DNA of 64,000 bases from the human T2T-CHM13v2.0 reference genome, Homo sapiens. How positions within the stretch are numbered: the first letter of the stretch is position 1; every line of letters begins with the position of its first letter. The stretch lies in assembly GCF_009914755.1 (NCBI RefSeq), contig NC_060940.1; one strand, given 5' to 3'. The position numbers and the translations under genes are program-made. Below, one piece after another: positions 52,801 to 64,000 of this stretch. Below the pieces are notes generated by a model, which did no database searches, was not told the origin of the DNA, and worked only from the letters and a program-made list of their open reading frames with translations.

Positions 52801-55800
52801 GTTCCCAGACACTGCGTAGTGATGTGTGTGTTTAACTCACAGAGTTTAACCTTTCTTTTCATACAGCATTCTGGAAACCCTGTGTTTGTAAAGTCTGCAA
52901 GTGGATATTTGGACCTCTTAGATGCCTTCGTTGGAAACGGGATTTCTTCATATAATGCTAGAGGGAAGAATTCTTAGTAACTTCTTTGTGTTGTGTGTAT
53001 TCAACTGACAGAGTTGAACCTTCCTTTAGACAGAGCAGATTTGAAAGTCTCTTTTTGTGGAATTTGCAAGTGGAGATTTCAAGCGCTTTGAGGCCAAAAG
53101 CAGAAAAGGAAATATTTTCCTATAAAAACTCGACAGAATCTTTCTCAGAAACTGCTCTGGGATGTGTGCGTTCAACTCACAGAGTTTAACTTTTCTTTTC
53201 ATTCAGCAGTTTGGAAACACTCTGTTTGGAAAGTCTGCACGTGGATATTTTGACCTCTTTGAGGCCTTCGTTGGAAACGGGTTTTTTTCATGTAAGGCTA
53301 GACAGAAGAAATCTCAGTAACTTCCTTGTGTTGTGTGTATTCAACTGACAGAGTTGAACCTTCCTTTAGACAGAGCAGATTCGAAACACTCTTTTTCTGC
53401 AATTTGCACGTGGAGACTTCAAGCGCTTTGAGGCCAAAGGCAGAAAAGGAAATATCTTCGTATAAAAACCCGACAGAATCATTCTCAGAAACTGCTCTGT
53501 GATGTGTGCGTTCAACTCACAGAGTTTAACTTTTCTTTTCATTCAGCAGTTTGGAAACACTCTGTTTGTAAAGTCTGCAAGTGGATATCTTGGCCTCTTA
53601 GAGGCCTTCGTTGGAAACGGGTTTTTTCATGTAAGGTTAGACAGAGGAATTCCCAGTAACTTCCTTGTGTTGTGTGCATTCAACTCACAGAGTTGAATGA
53701 TTCTTTACACAGAGCAGATTTGAGACACTCTTTTGGTGGAATTTGTAAGTGGAGAATTCAGCCGCTTTGAGGTCAACGGTAGAAAAGCAAATATCTTCGT
53801 ATAAAAACTAGACAGAATGATTCTCAGAAACTGTTTTGTGATGTGTGCGTTCAACTCACAGAGTTTAACCTTTCTTTTCAAAGAGCAGTTAGGAAACACT
53901 CTGTTTGTAAAGTCTGCAAGTGGATATTCAGACCTCTTTGAGGCCTTCGTTGGAAACGGGATTTCTTCATATTATGCTAGACAGATGAATTCTCAGTAAC
54001 TTCCTTGTGTTGTGTGTATTCAACTCACAGAGTTGAACGATCCTTTACACAGAGCAGATTTGAAACACTGTTTTTCTGGAATTTGCAAGTGGAGATTTCA
54101 GCCGCTTTGAGGTCAATGGTAGAAAAGGAAATATCTTCGTATAAAAACTAGACAGAATGATTCTCAGAAACTCCTTTGTGATGTGTGCGTTCAACTCACA
54201 GAGTTTAACCTTTCTTTTCACAGAGCAGTTAGGAAACACTCTGTTTGTGAAGCCTGCCAGTGGATATTCGGACCTCTTTGAGGCCTTCGTTGGAAACGGG
54301 ATTTCTTCATATTATGCTAGACAGAAGATTTCTCAGTAACTTCTTTGTGTTGTGTGTATGCAACTCACAGAGTTCAACCTTCCTTTAGACAGAGCAGATT
54401 TGAAACACTCTTTTTGTGGAATTTGCAAGTGGAGATTTCAAGCGCTTCAATGCCAATGGTAGAAAAGGAAATATCTTCGTATAAAAACAAGACAAACTCG
54501 TTCCCAGACACTGCGTAGTGATGTGTGTGTTTAACTCACAGAGTTTAACCTTTCTTTTCATACAGCATTCTGGAAACCCTGTGTTTGTAAAGTCTGCAAG
54601 TGGATATTTGGACCTCTTAGATGCCTTCGTTGGAAACGGGATTTCTTCATATAATGCTAGAGGGAAGAATTCTTAGTAACTTCTTTGTGTTGTGTGTATT
54701 CAACTGACAGAGTTGAACCTTCCTTTAGACAGAGCAGATTTGAAAGTCTCTTTTTGTGGAATTTGCAAGTGGAGATTTCAAGCGCTTTGAGGCCAAAAGC
54801 AGAAAAGGAAATATTTTCCTATAAAAACTCGACAGAATCTTTCTCAGAAACTGCTCTGGGATGTGTGCGTTCAACTCACAGAGTTTAACTTTTCTTTTCA
54901 TTCAGCAGTTTGGAAACACTCTGTTTGGAAAGTCTGCAGGTGGATATTTTGACCTCTTTGAGGCCTTCGTTGGAAACGGGTTTTTTTCATGTAAGGCTAG
55001 ACAGAAGAAATCTCAGTAACTTCCTTGTGTTGTGTGTATTCAACTGACAGAGTTGAACCTTCCTTTAGACAGAGCAGATTCGAAACACTCTTTTTCTGCA
55101 ATTTGCAAGTGGAGACTTCAAGCGCTTTGAGGCCAAAGGCAGAAAAGGAAATATCTTCGTATAAAAACCCGACAGAATCATTCTCAGAAACTGCTCTGTG
55201 ATGTGTGCGTTCAACTCACAGAGTTTAACTTTTCTTTTCATTCAGCAGTTTGGAAACACTCTGTTTGTAAAGTCTGCAAGTGGATATCTTGGCCTCTTAG
55301 AGGCCTTCGTTGGAAACGGGTTTTTTCATGTAAGGTTAGACAGAGGAATTCCCAGTAACTTCCTTGTGTTGTGTGCATTCAACTCACAGAGTTGAATGAT
55401 TCTTTACACAGAGCAGATTTGAGACACTCTTTTGGTGGAATTTGTAAGTGGAGAATTCAGCCACTTTGAGGTCAACGGTAGAAAAGGAAATATCTTCGTA
55501 TAAAAACTAGACAGAATGATTCTCAGAAACTGTTTTGTGATGTGTGCGTTCAACTCACAGAGTTTAACCTTTCTTTTCAAAGAGCAGTTAGGAAACACTC
55601 TGTTTGTAAAGTCTGCAAGTGGATATTCAGACCTCTTTGAGGCCTTCGTTGGAAACGGGATTTCTTCATATTATGCTAGACAGATGAATTCTCAGTAACT
55701 TCCTTGTGTTGTGTGTATTCAACTCACAGAGTTGAACGATCCTTTACACAGAGCAGATTTGAAACACTGTTTTTCTGGAATTTGCAAGTGGAGATTTCAG

Positions 55801-58800
55801 CCGCTTTGAGGTCAACGGTAGAAAAGGAAATATCTTCGTATAAAAACTAGACAGAATGATTCTCAGAAACTCCTTTGTGATGTGTGCGTTCAACTCACAG
55901 AGTTTAACCTTTCTTTTCACAGAGCAGTTAGGAAACACTCTGTTTGTGAAGCCTGCCAGTGGATATTCGGACCTCTTTGAGGCCTTCGTTGGAAACGGGA
56001 TTTCTTCATATTATGCTAGACAGAAGATTTCTCAGTAACTTCTTTGTGTTGTGTGTATGCAACTCACAGAGTTCAACCTTCCTTTAGACAGAGCAGATTT
56101 GAAACACTCTTTTTGTGGAATTTGCAAGTGGAGATTTCAAGCGCTTCGATGCCAATGGTAGAAAAGGAAATATCTTCGTATAAAAACAAGACAAACTCGT
56201 TCCCAGACACTGCGTAGTGATGTGTGTGTTTAACTCACAGAGTTTAACCTTTCTTTTCATACAGCATTCTGGAAACCCTGTGTTTGTAAAGTCTGCAAGT
56301 GGATATTTGGACCTCTTAGATGCCTTCGTTGGAAACGGGATTTCTTCATATAATGCTAGAGGGAAGAATTCTTAGTAACTTCTTTGTGTTGTGTGTATTC
56401 AACTGACAGAGTTGAACCTTCCTTTAGACAGAGCAGATTTGAAAGTCTCTTTTTGTGGAATTTGCAAGTGGAGATTTCAAGCGCTTTGAGGCCAAAAGCA
56501 GAAAAGGAAATATTTTCCTATAAAAACTCGACAGAATCTTTCTCAGAAACTGCTCTGGGATGTGTGCGTTCAACTCACAGAGTTTAACTTTTCTTTTCAT
56601 TCAGCAGTTTGGAAACACTCTGTTTGGAAAGTCTGCACGTGGATATTTTGACCTCTTTGAGGCCTTCGTTGGAAACGGGTTTTTTTCATGTAAGGCTAGA
56701 CAGAAGAAATCTCAGTAACTTCCTTGTGTTGTGTGTATTCAACTGACAGAGTTGAACCTTCCTTTAGACAGAGCAGATTCGAAACACTCTTTTTCTGCAA
56801 TTTGCAAGTGGAGACTTCAAGCGCTTTGAGGCCAAAGGCAGAAAAGGAAATATCTTCGTATAAAAACCCGACAGAATCATTCTCAGAAACTGCTCTGTGA
56901 TGTGTGCGTTCAACTCACAGAGTTTAACTTTTCTTTTCATTCAGCAGTTTGGAAACACTCTGTTTGTAAAGTCTGCAAGTGGATATCTTGGCCTCTTAGA
57001 GGCCTTCGTTGGAAGCGGGTTTTTTCATGTAAGGATAGACAGAGGAATTCCCAGTAACTTCCTTGTGTTGTGTGCATTCAACTCACAGAGTTGAATGATT
57101 CTTTACACAGAGCAGATTTGAGACACTCTTTTGGTGGAATTTGTAAGTGGAGAATTCAGCCGCTTTGAGGTCAACGGTAGAAAAGGAAATATCTTCGTAT
57201 AAAAACTAGACAGAATGATTCTCAGAAACTGTTTTGTGATGTGTGCGTTCAACTCACAGAGTTTAACCTTTCTTTTCAAAGAGCAGTTAGGAAACACTCT
57301 GTTTGTAAAGTCTGCAAGTGGATATTCAGACCTCTTTGAGGCCTTCGTTGGAAACGGGATTTCTTCATATTATGCTAGACAGATGAATTCTCAGTAACTT
57401 CCTTGTGTTGTGTGTATTCAACTCACAGAGTTGAACGATCCTTTACACAGAGCAGATTTGAAACACTGTTTTTCTGGAATTTGCAAGTGGAGATTTCAGC
57501 CGCTTTGAGGTCAACGGTAGAAAAGGAAATATCTTCGTATAAAAACTAGACAGAATGATTCTCAGAAACTCCTTTGTGATGTGTGCGTTCAACTCACAGA
57601 GTTTAACCTTTCTTTTCACAGAGCAGTTAGGAAACACTCTGTTTGTGAAGCCTGCCAGTGGATATTCGGACCTCTTTGAGGCCTTCGTTGGAAACAGGAT
57701 TTCTTCATATTATGCTAGACAGAAGATTTCTCAGTAACTTCTTTGTGTTGTGTGTATGCAACTCACAGAGTTCAACCTTCCTTTAGACAGAGCAGATTTG
57801 AAACACTCTTTTTGTGGAATTTGCAAGTGGAGATTTCAAGCGCTTCGATGCCAATGGTAGAAAAGGAAATATCTTCGTATAAAAACAAGACAAACTCGTT
57901 CCCAGACACTGCGTAGTGATGTGTGTGTTTAACTCACAGAGTTTAACCTTTCTTTTCATACAGCATTCTGGAAACCCTCTGTTTGTAAAGTCTGCAAGTG
58001 GATATTTGGACCTCTTAGATGCCTTCGTTGGAAACGGGATTTCTTCATATAATGCTAGAGGGAAGAATTCTTAGTAACTTCTTTGTGTTGTGTGTATTCA
58101 ACTGACAGAGTTGAACCTTCCTTTAGACAGAGCAGATTTGAAAGTCTCTTTTTGTGGAATTTGCAAGTGGAGATTTCAAGCGCTTTGAGGCCAAAAGCAG
58201 AAAAGGAAATATTTTCCTATAAAAACTCGACAGAATCTTTCTCAGAAACTGCTCTGGGATGTGTGCGTTCAACTCACAGAGTTTAACTTTTCTTTTCATT
58301 CAGCAGTTTGGAAACACTCTGTTTGGAAAGTCTGCACGTGGATATTTTGACCTCTTTGAGGCCTTCGTTGGAAACGGGTTTTTTTCATGTAAGGCTAGAC
58401 AGAAGAAATCTCAGTAACTTCCTTGTGTTGTGTGTATTCAACTGACAGAGTTGAACCTTCCTTTAGACAGAGCAGATTCGAAACACTCTTTTTCTGCAAT
58501 TTGCAAGTGGAGACTTCAAGCGCTTTGAGGCCAAAGGCAGAAAAGGAAATATCTTCGTATAAAAACCCGACAGAATCATTCTCAGAAACTGCTCTGTGAT
58601 GTGTGCGTTCAACTCACAGAGTTTAACTTTTCTTTTCATTCAGCAGTTTGGAAACACTCTGTTTGTAAAGTCTGCAAGTGGATATCTTGGCCTCTTAGAG
58701 GCCTTCGTTGGAAGCGGGTTTTTTCATGTAAGGATAGACAGAGGAATTCCCAGTAACTTCCTTGTGTTGTGTGCATTCAACTCACAGAGTTGAATGATTC

Positions 58801-61800
58801 TTTACACAGAGCAGATTTGAGACACTCTTTTGGTGGAATTTGTAAGTGGAGAATTCAGCCGCTTTGAGGTCAACGGTAGAAAAGCAAATATCTTCGTATA
58901 AAAACTAGACAGAATGATTCTCAGAAACTGTTTTGTGATGTGTGCGTTCAACTCACAGAGTTTAACCTTTCTTTTCAAAGAGCAGTTAGGAAACACTCTG
59001 TTTGTAAAGTCTGCAAGTGGATATTCAGACCTCTTTGAGGCCTTCGTTGGAAACGGGATTTCTTCATATTATGCTAGACAGATGAATTCTCAGTAACTTC
59101 CTTGTGTTGTGTGTATTCAACTCACAGAGTTAAACGATCCTTTACACAGAGCAGATTTGAAACACTGTTTTTCTGGAATTTGCAAGTGGAGATTTCAGCC
59201 GCTTTGAGGTCAACGGTAGAAAAGGAAATATCTTCGTATAAAAACTAGACAGAATGATTCTCAGAAACTCCTTTGTGATGTGTGCGTTCAACTCACAGAG
59301 TTTAACCTTTCTTTTCACAGAGCAGTTAGGAAACACTCTGTTTGTGAAGCCTGCCAGTGGATATTCGGACCTCTTTGAGGCCTTCGTTGGAAACGGGATT
59401 TCTTCATATTATGCTAGACAGAAGATTTCTCAGTAACTTCTTTGTGTTGTGTGTATGCAACTCACAGAGTTCAACCTTCCTTTAGACAGAGCAGATTTGA
59501 AACACTCTTTTTGTGGAATTTGCAAGTGGAGATTTCAAGCGCTTCGATGCCAATGGTAGAAAAGGAAATATCTTCGTATAAAAACAAGACAAACTCGTTC
59601 CCAGACACTGCGTAGTGATGTGTGTGTTTAACTCACAGAGTTTAACCTTTCTTTTCATACAGCATTCTGGAAACCCTGTGTTTGTAAAGTCTGCAAGTGG
59701 ATATTTGGACCTCTTAGATGCCTTCGTTGGAAACGGGATTTCTTCATATAATGCTAGAGGGAAGAATTCTTAGTAACTTCTTTGTGTTGTGTGTATTCAA
59801 CTGACAGAGTTGAACCTTCCTTTAGACAGAGCAGATTTGAAAGTCTCTTTTTGTGGAATTTGCAAGTGGAGATTTCAAGCGCTTTGAGGCCAAAAGCAGA
59901 AAAGGAAATATTTTCCTATAAAAACTCGACAGAATCTTTCTCAGAAACTGCTCTGGGATGTGTGCGTTCAACTCACAGAGTTTAACTTTTCTTTTCATTC
60001 AGCAGTTTGGAAACACTCTGTTTGGAAAGTCTGCACGTGGATATTTTGACCTCTTTGAGGCCTTCGTTGGAAACGGGTTTTTTTCATGTAAGGCTAGACA
60101 GAAGAAATCTCAGTAACTTCCTTGTGTTGTGTGTATTCAACTGACAGAGTTGAACCTTCCTTTAGACAGAGCAGATTCGAAACACTCTTTTTCTGCAATT
60201 TGCAAGTGGAGACTTCAAGCGCTTTGAGGCCAAAGGCAGAAAAGGAAATATCTTCGTATAAAAACCCGACAGAATCATTCTCAGAAACTGCTCTGTGATG
60301 TGTGCGTTCAACTCACAGAGTTTAACTTTTCTTTTCATTCAGCAGTTTGGAAACACTCTGTTTGTAAAGTCTGCAAGTGGATATCTTGGCCTCTTAGAGG
60401 CCTTCGTTGGAAACGGGTTTTTTCATGTAAGGTTAGACAGAGGAATTCCCAGTAACTTCCTTGTGTTGTGTGCATTCAACTCACAGAGTTGAATGATTCT
60501 TTACACAGAGCAGATTTGAGACACTCTTTTGGTGGAATTTGTAAGTGGAGAATTCAGCCGCTTTGAGGTCAACGGTAGAAAAGGAAATATCTTCGTATAA
60601 AAACTAGACAGAATGATTCTCAGAAACTGTTTTGTGATGTGTGCGTTCAACTCACAGAGTTTAACCTTTCTTTTCAAAGAGCAGTTAGGAAACACTCTGT
60701 TTGTAAAGTCTGCAAGTGGATATTCAGACCTCTTTGAGGCCTTCGTTGGAAACGGGATTTCTTCATATTATGCTAGACAGATGAATTCTCAGTAACTTCC
60801 TTGTGTTGTGTGTATTCAACTCACAGAGTTGAACGATCCTTTACACAGAGCAGATTTGAAACACTGTTTTTCTGGAATTTGCAAGTGGAGATTTCAGCCG
60901 CTTTGAGGTCAATGGTAGAAAAGGAAATATCTTCGTATAAAAACTAGACAGAATGATTCTCAGAAACTCCTTTGTGATGTGTGCGTTCAACTCACAGAGT
61001 TTAACCTTTCTTTTCACAGAGCAGTTAGGAAACACTCTGTTTGTGAAGCCTGCCAGTGGATATTCGGACCTCTTTGAGGCCTTCGTTGGAAACGGGATTT
61101 CTTCATATTATGCTAGACAGAAGATTTCTCAGTAACTTCTTTGTGTTGTGTGTATGCAACTCACAGAGTTCAACCTTCCTTTAGACAGAGCAGATTTGAA
61201 ACACTCTTTTTGTGGAATTTGCAAGTGGAGATTTCAAGCGCTTCGATGCCAATGGTAGAAAAGGAAATATCTTCGTAGAAAAACAAGACAAACTCGTTCC
61301 CAGACACTGCGTAGTGATGTGTGTGTTTAACTCACAGAGTTTAACCTTTCTTTTCATACAGCATTCTGGAAACCCTCTGTTTGTAAAGTCTGCAAGTGGA
61401 TATTTGGACCTCTTAGATGCCTTCGTTGGAAACGGGATTTCTTCATATAATGCTAGAGGGAAGAATTCTTAGTAACTTCTTTGTGTTGTGTGTATTCAAC
61501 TGACAGAGTTGAACCTTCCTTTAGACAGAGCAGATTTGAAAGTCTCTTTTTGTGGAATTTGCAAGTGGAGATTTCAAGCGCTTTGAGGCCAAAAGCAGAA
61601 AAGGAAATATTTTCCTATAAAAACTCGACAGAATCTTTCTCAGAAACTGCTCTGGGATGTGTGCGTTCAACTCACAGAGTTTAACTTTTCTTTTCATTCA
61701 GCAGTTTGGAAACACTCTGTTTGGAAAGTCTGCACGTGGATATTTTGACCTCTTTGAGGCCTTCGTTGGAAACGGGTTTTTTTCATGTAAGGCTAGACAG

Positions 61801-64000
61801 AAGAAATCTCAGTAACTTCCTTGTGTTGTGTGTATTCAACTGACAGAGTTGAACCTTCCTTTAGACAGAGCAGATTCGAAACACTCTTTTTCTGCAATTT
61901 GCAAGTGGAGACTTCAAGCGCTTTGAGGCCAAAGGCAGAAAAGGAAATATCTTCGTATAAAAACCCGACAGAATCATTCTCAGAAACTGCTCTGTGATGT
62001 GTGCGTTCAACTCACAGAGTTTAACTTTTCTTTTCATTCAGCAGTTTGGAAACACTCTGTTTGTAAAGTCTGCAAGTGGATATCTTGGCCTCTTAGAGGC
62101 CTTCGTTGTAAACGGGTTTTTTCATGTAAGGTTAGACAGAGGAATTCCCAGTAACTTCCTTGTGTTGTGTGCATTCAACTCACAGAGTTGAATGATTCTT
62201 TACACAGAGCAGATTTGAGACACTCTTTTGGTGGAATTTGTAAGTGGAGAATTCAGCCGCTTTGAGGTCAACGGTAGAAAAGGAAATATCTTCGTATAAA
62301 AACTAGACAGAATGATTCTCAGAAACTGTTTTGTGATGTGTGCGTTCAACTCACAGTGTTTAACCTTTCTTTTCAAAGAGCAGTTAGGAAACACTCTGTT
62401 TGTAAAGTCTGCAAGTGGATATTCAGACCTCTTTGAGGCCTTCGTTGGAAACGGGATTTCTTCATATTATGCTAGACAGATGAATTCTCAGTAACTTCCT
62501 TGTGTTGTGTGTATTCAACTCACAGAGTTGAACGATCCTTTACACAGAGCAGATTTGAAACACTGTTTTTCTGGAATTTGCAAGTGGAGATTTCAGCCGC
62601 TTTGAGGTCAATGGTAGAAAAGGAAATATCTTCGTATAAAAACTAGACAGAATGATTCTCAGAAACTCCTTTGTGATGTGTGCGTTCAACTCACAGAGTT
62701 TAACCTTTCTTTTCACAGAGCAGTTAGGAAACACTCTGTTTGTGAAGCCTGCCAGTGGATATTCGGACCTCTTTGAGGCCTTCGTTGGAAACGGGATTTC
62801 TTCATATTATGCTAGACAGAAGATTTCTCAGTAACTTCTTTGTGTTGTGTGTATGCAACTCACAGAGTTCAACCTTCCTTTAGACAGAGCAGATTTGAAA
62901 CACTCTTTTTGTGGAATTTGCAAGTGGAGATTTCAAGCGCTTCGATGCCAATGGTAGAAAAGGAAATATCTTCGTATAAAAACAAGACAAACTCGTTCCC
63001 AGACACTGCGTAGTGATGTGTGTGTTTAACTCACAGAGTTTAACCTTTCTTTTCATACAGCATTCTGGAAACCCTGTGTTTGTAAAGTCTGCAAGTGGAT
63101 ATTTGGACCTCTTAGATGCCTTCGTTGGAAACGGGATTTCTTCATATAATGCTAGAGGGAAGAATTCTTAGTAACTTCTTTGTGTTGTGTGTATTCAACT
63201 GACAGAGTTGAACCTTCCTTTAGACAGAGCAGATTTGAAAGTCTCTTTTTGTGGAATTTGCAAGTGGAGATTTCAAGCGCTTTGAGGCCAAAAGCAGAAA
63301 AGGAAATATTTTCCTATAAAAACTCGACAGAATCTTTCTCAGAAACTGCTCTGGGATGTGTGCGTTCAACTCACAGAGTTTAACTTTTCTTTTCATTCAG
63401 CAGTTTGGAAACACTCTGTTTGGAAAGTCTGCACGTGGATATTTTGACCTCTTTGAGGCCTTCGTTGGAAACGGGTTTTTTTCATGTAAGGCTAGACAGA
63501 AGAAATCTCAGTAACTTCCTTGTGTTGTGTGTATTCAACTGACAGAGTTGAACCTTCCTTTAGACAGAGCAGATTCGAAACACTCTTTTTCTGCAATTTG
63601 CAAGTGGAGACTTCAAGCGCTTTGAGGCCAAAGGCAGAAAAGGAAATATCTTCGTATAAAAACCCGACAGAATCATTCTCAGAAACTGCTCTGTGATGTG
63701 TGCGTTCAACTCACAGAGTTTAACTTTTCTTTTCATTCAGCAGTTTGGAAACACTCTGTTTGTAAAGTCTGCAAGTGGATATCTTGGCCTCTTAGAGGCC
63801 TTCGTTGGAAACGGGTTTTTTCATGTAAGGTTAGACAGAGGAATTCCCAGTAACTTCCTTGTGTTGTGTGCATTCAACTCACAGAGTTGAATGATTCTTT
63901 ACACAGAGCAGATTTGAGACACTCTTTTGGTGGAATTTGTAAGTGGAGAATTCAGCCGCTTTGAGGTCAACGGTAGAAAAGGAAATATCTTCGTATAAAA

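Larger units (their letters stand above)
1..64000 (+). repeat. Centromeric alpha-satellite HOR array, SF1, 10-monomer 1699-bp unit, about 37.7 tandem copies in one orientation
   Basis: Seen: CACAGAGTTCAACC recurs at 1, 1700, 3399, 5098, 6795 ... 62861 (period 1699, once 1697, once 1698), and the ORF track repeats with the same period. Typical alphoid monomer motifs occur every ~170 bp (ATTCTCAGAAACT, TTCAACTCACAGAGTT, TGCAAGTGGA, CTAGACAGAA). Known: 1322-1661 closely resembles the classical SF1 340-bp EcoRI dimer. Confidence 0.99.

Noticed and set aside
53401-53415. A>C at 53409 giving GCACGTGG, like the B monomer 169 bp upstream
   Set aside because: It is a single base in a single copy and cannot be distinguished from a point mutation.
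320-63890. About 200 short ORFs (60-86 aa) on both strands
   Set aside because: They recur with the satellite period, overlap on opposite strands, often start at GTG/TTG, appear and vanish with single repeat variants, and resemble no protein family I recognise. They are translation by-products of alpha satellite.
1-64000. CRISPR-like or other prokaryotic repeat-spacer system
   Set aside because: There are no unique spacers, since the sequence between conserved motifs is itself repeated, and no cas-like or other genes are present.
1-64000. L1/Alu/LTR insertion, inversion, or HOR with missing monomers
   Set aside because: The 1699-bp phase is kept end to end apart from -2 and -1 bp. I saw no poly(A) tail, target-site duplication or strand switch.
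1-64000. A strict super-HOR periodicity or code in the order of box-3 haplotypes
   Set aside because: The sequence of A-T and G-A copies shows no exact period by eye. Only the partial lag matches reported above were seen.

Overview
The whole 64 kb window is one uninterrupted, head-to-tail array of primate (human-type) centromeric alpha satellite. It is built from a 1699-bp higher-order repeat (HOR) of 10 monomers, arranged as five ~340-bp A/B dimers (171+169 bp). Numbered from base 1, there are 37 complete HOR copies (U1-U37) plus 1140 bp of a 38th. Every second monomer carries a CENP-B box. The dimers match suprachromosomal family 1 (SF1, the 340-bp EcoRI dimer type), and an SF1 10-mer of 1.7 kb fits the live chromosome 16 array D16Z2 (S1C16H1L). 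That assignment is from recall, not from an alignment. Copies differ by only a few substitutions each, and I saw only two small indels. I found no genes, RNA genes, transposon insertions, inversions or CRISPR array; all listed ORFs are by-products of the repeat. I found no new biological system. The observations worth following up concern repeat evolution: an internal X-YY-ZZ architecture, mosaic variant haplotypes, candidate short conversion tracts, 2-HOR duplication traces, and CENP-B boxes lost only through CpG transitions. Variant lists were read by eye with help from the ORF track and may be incomplete.
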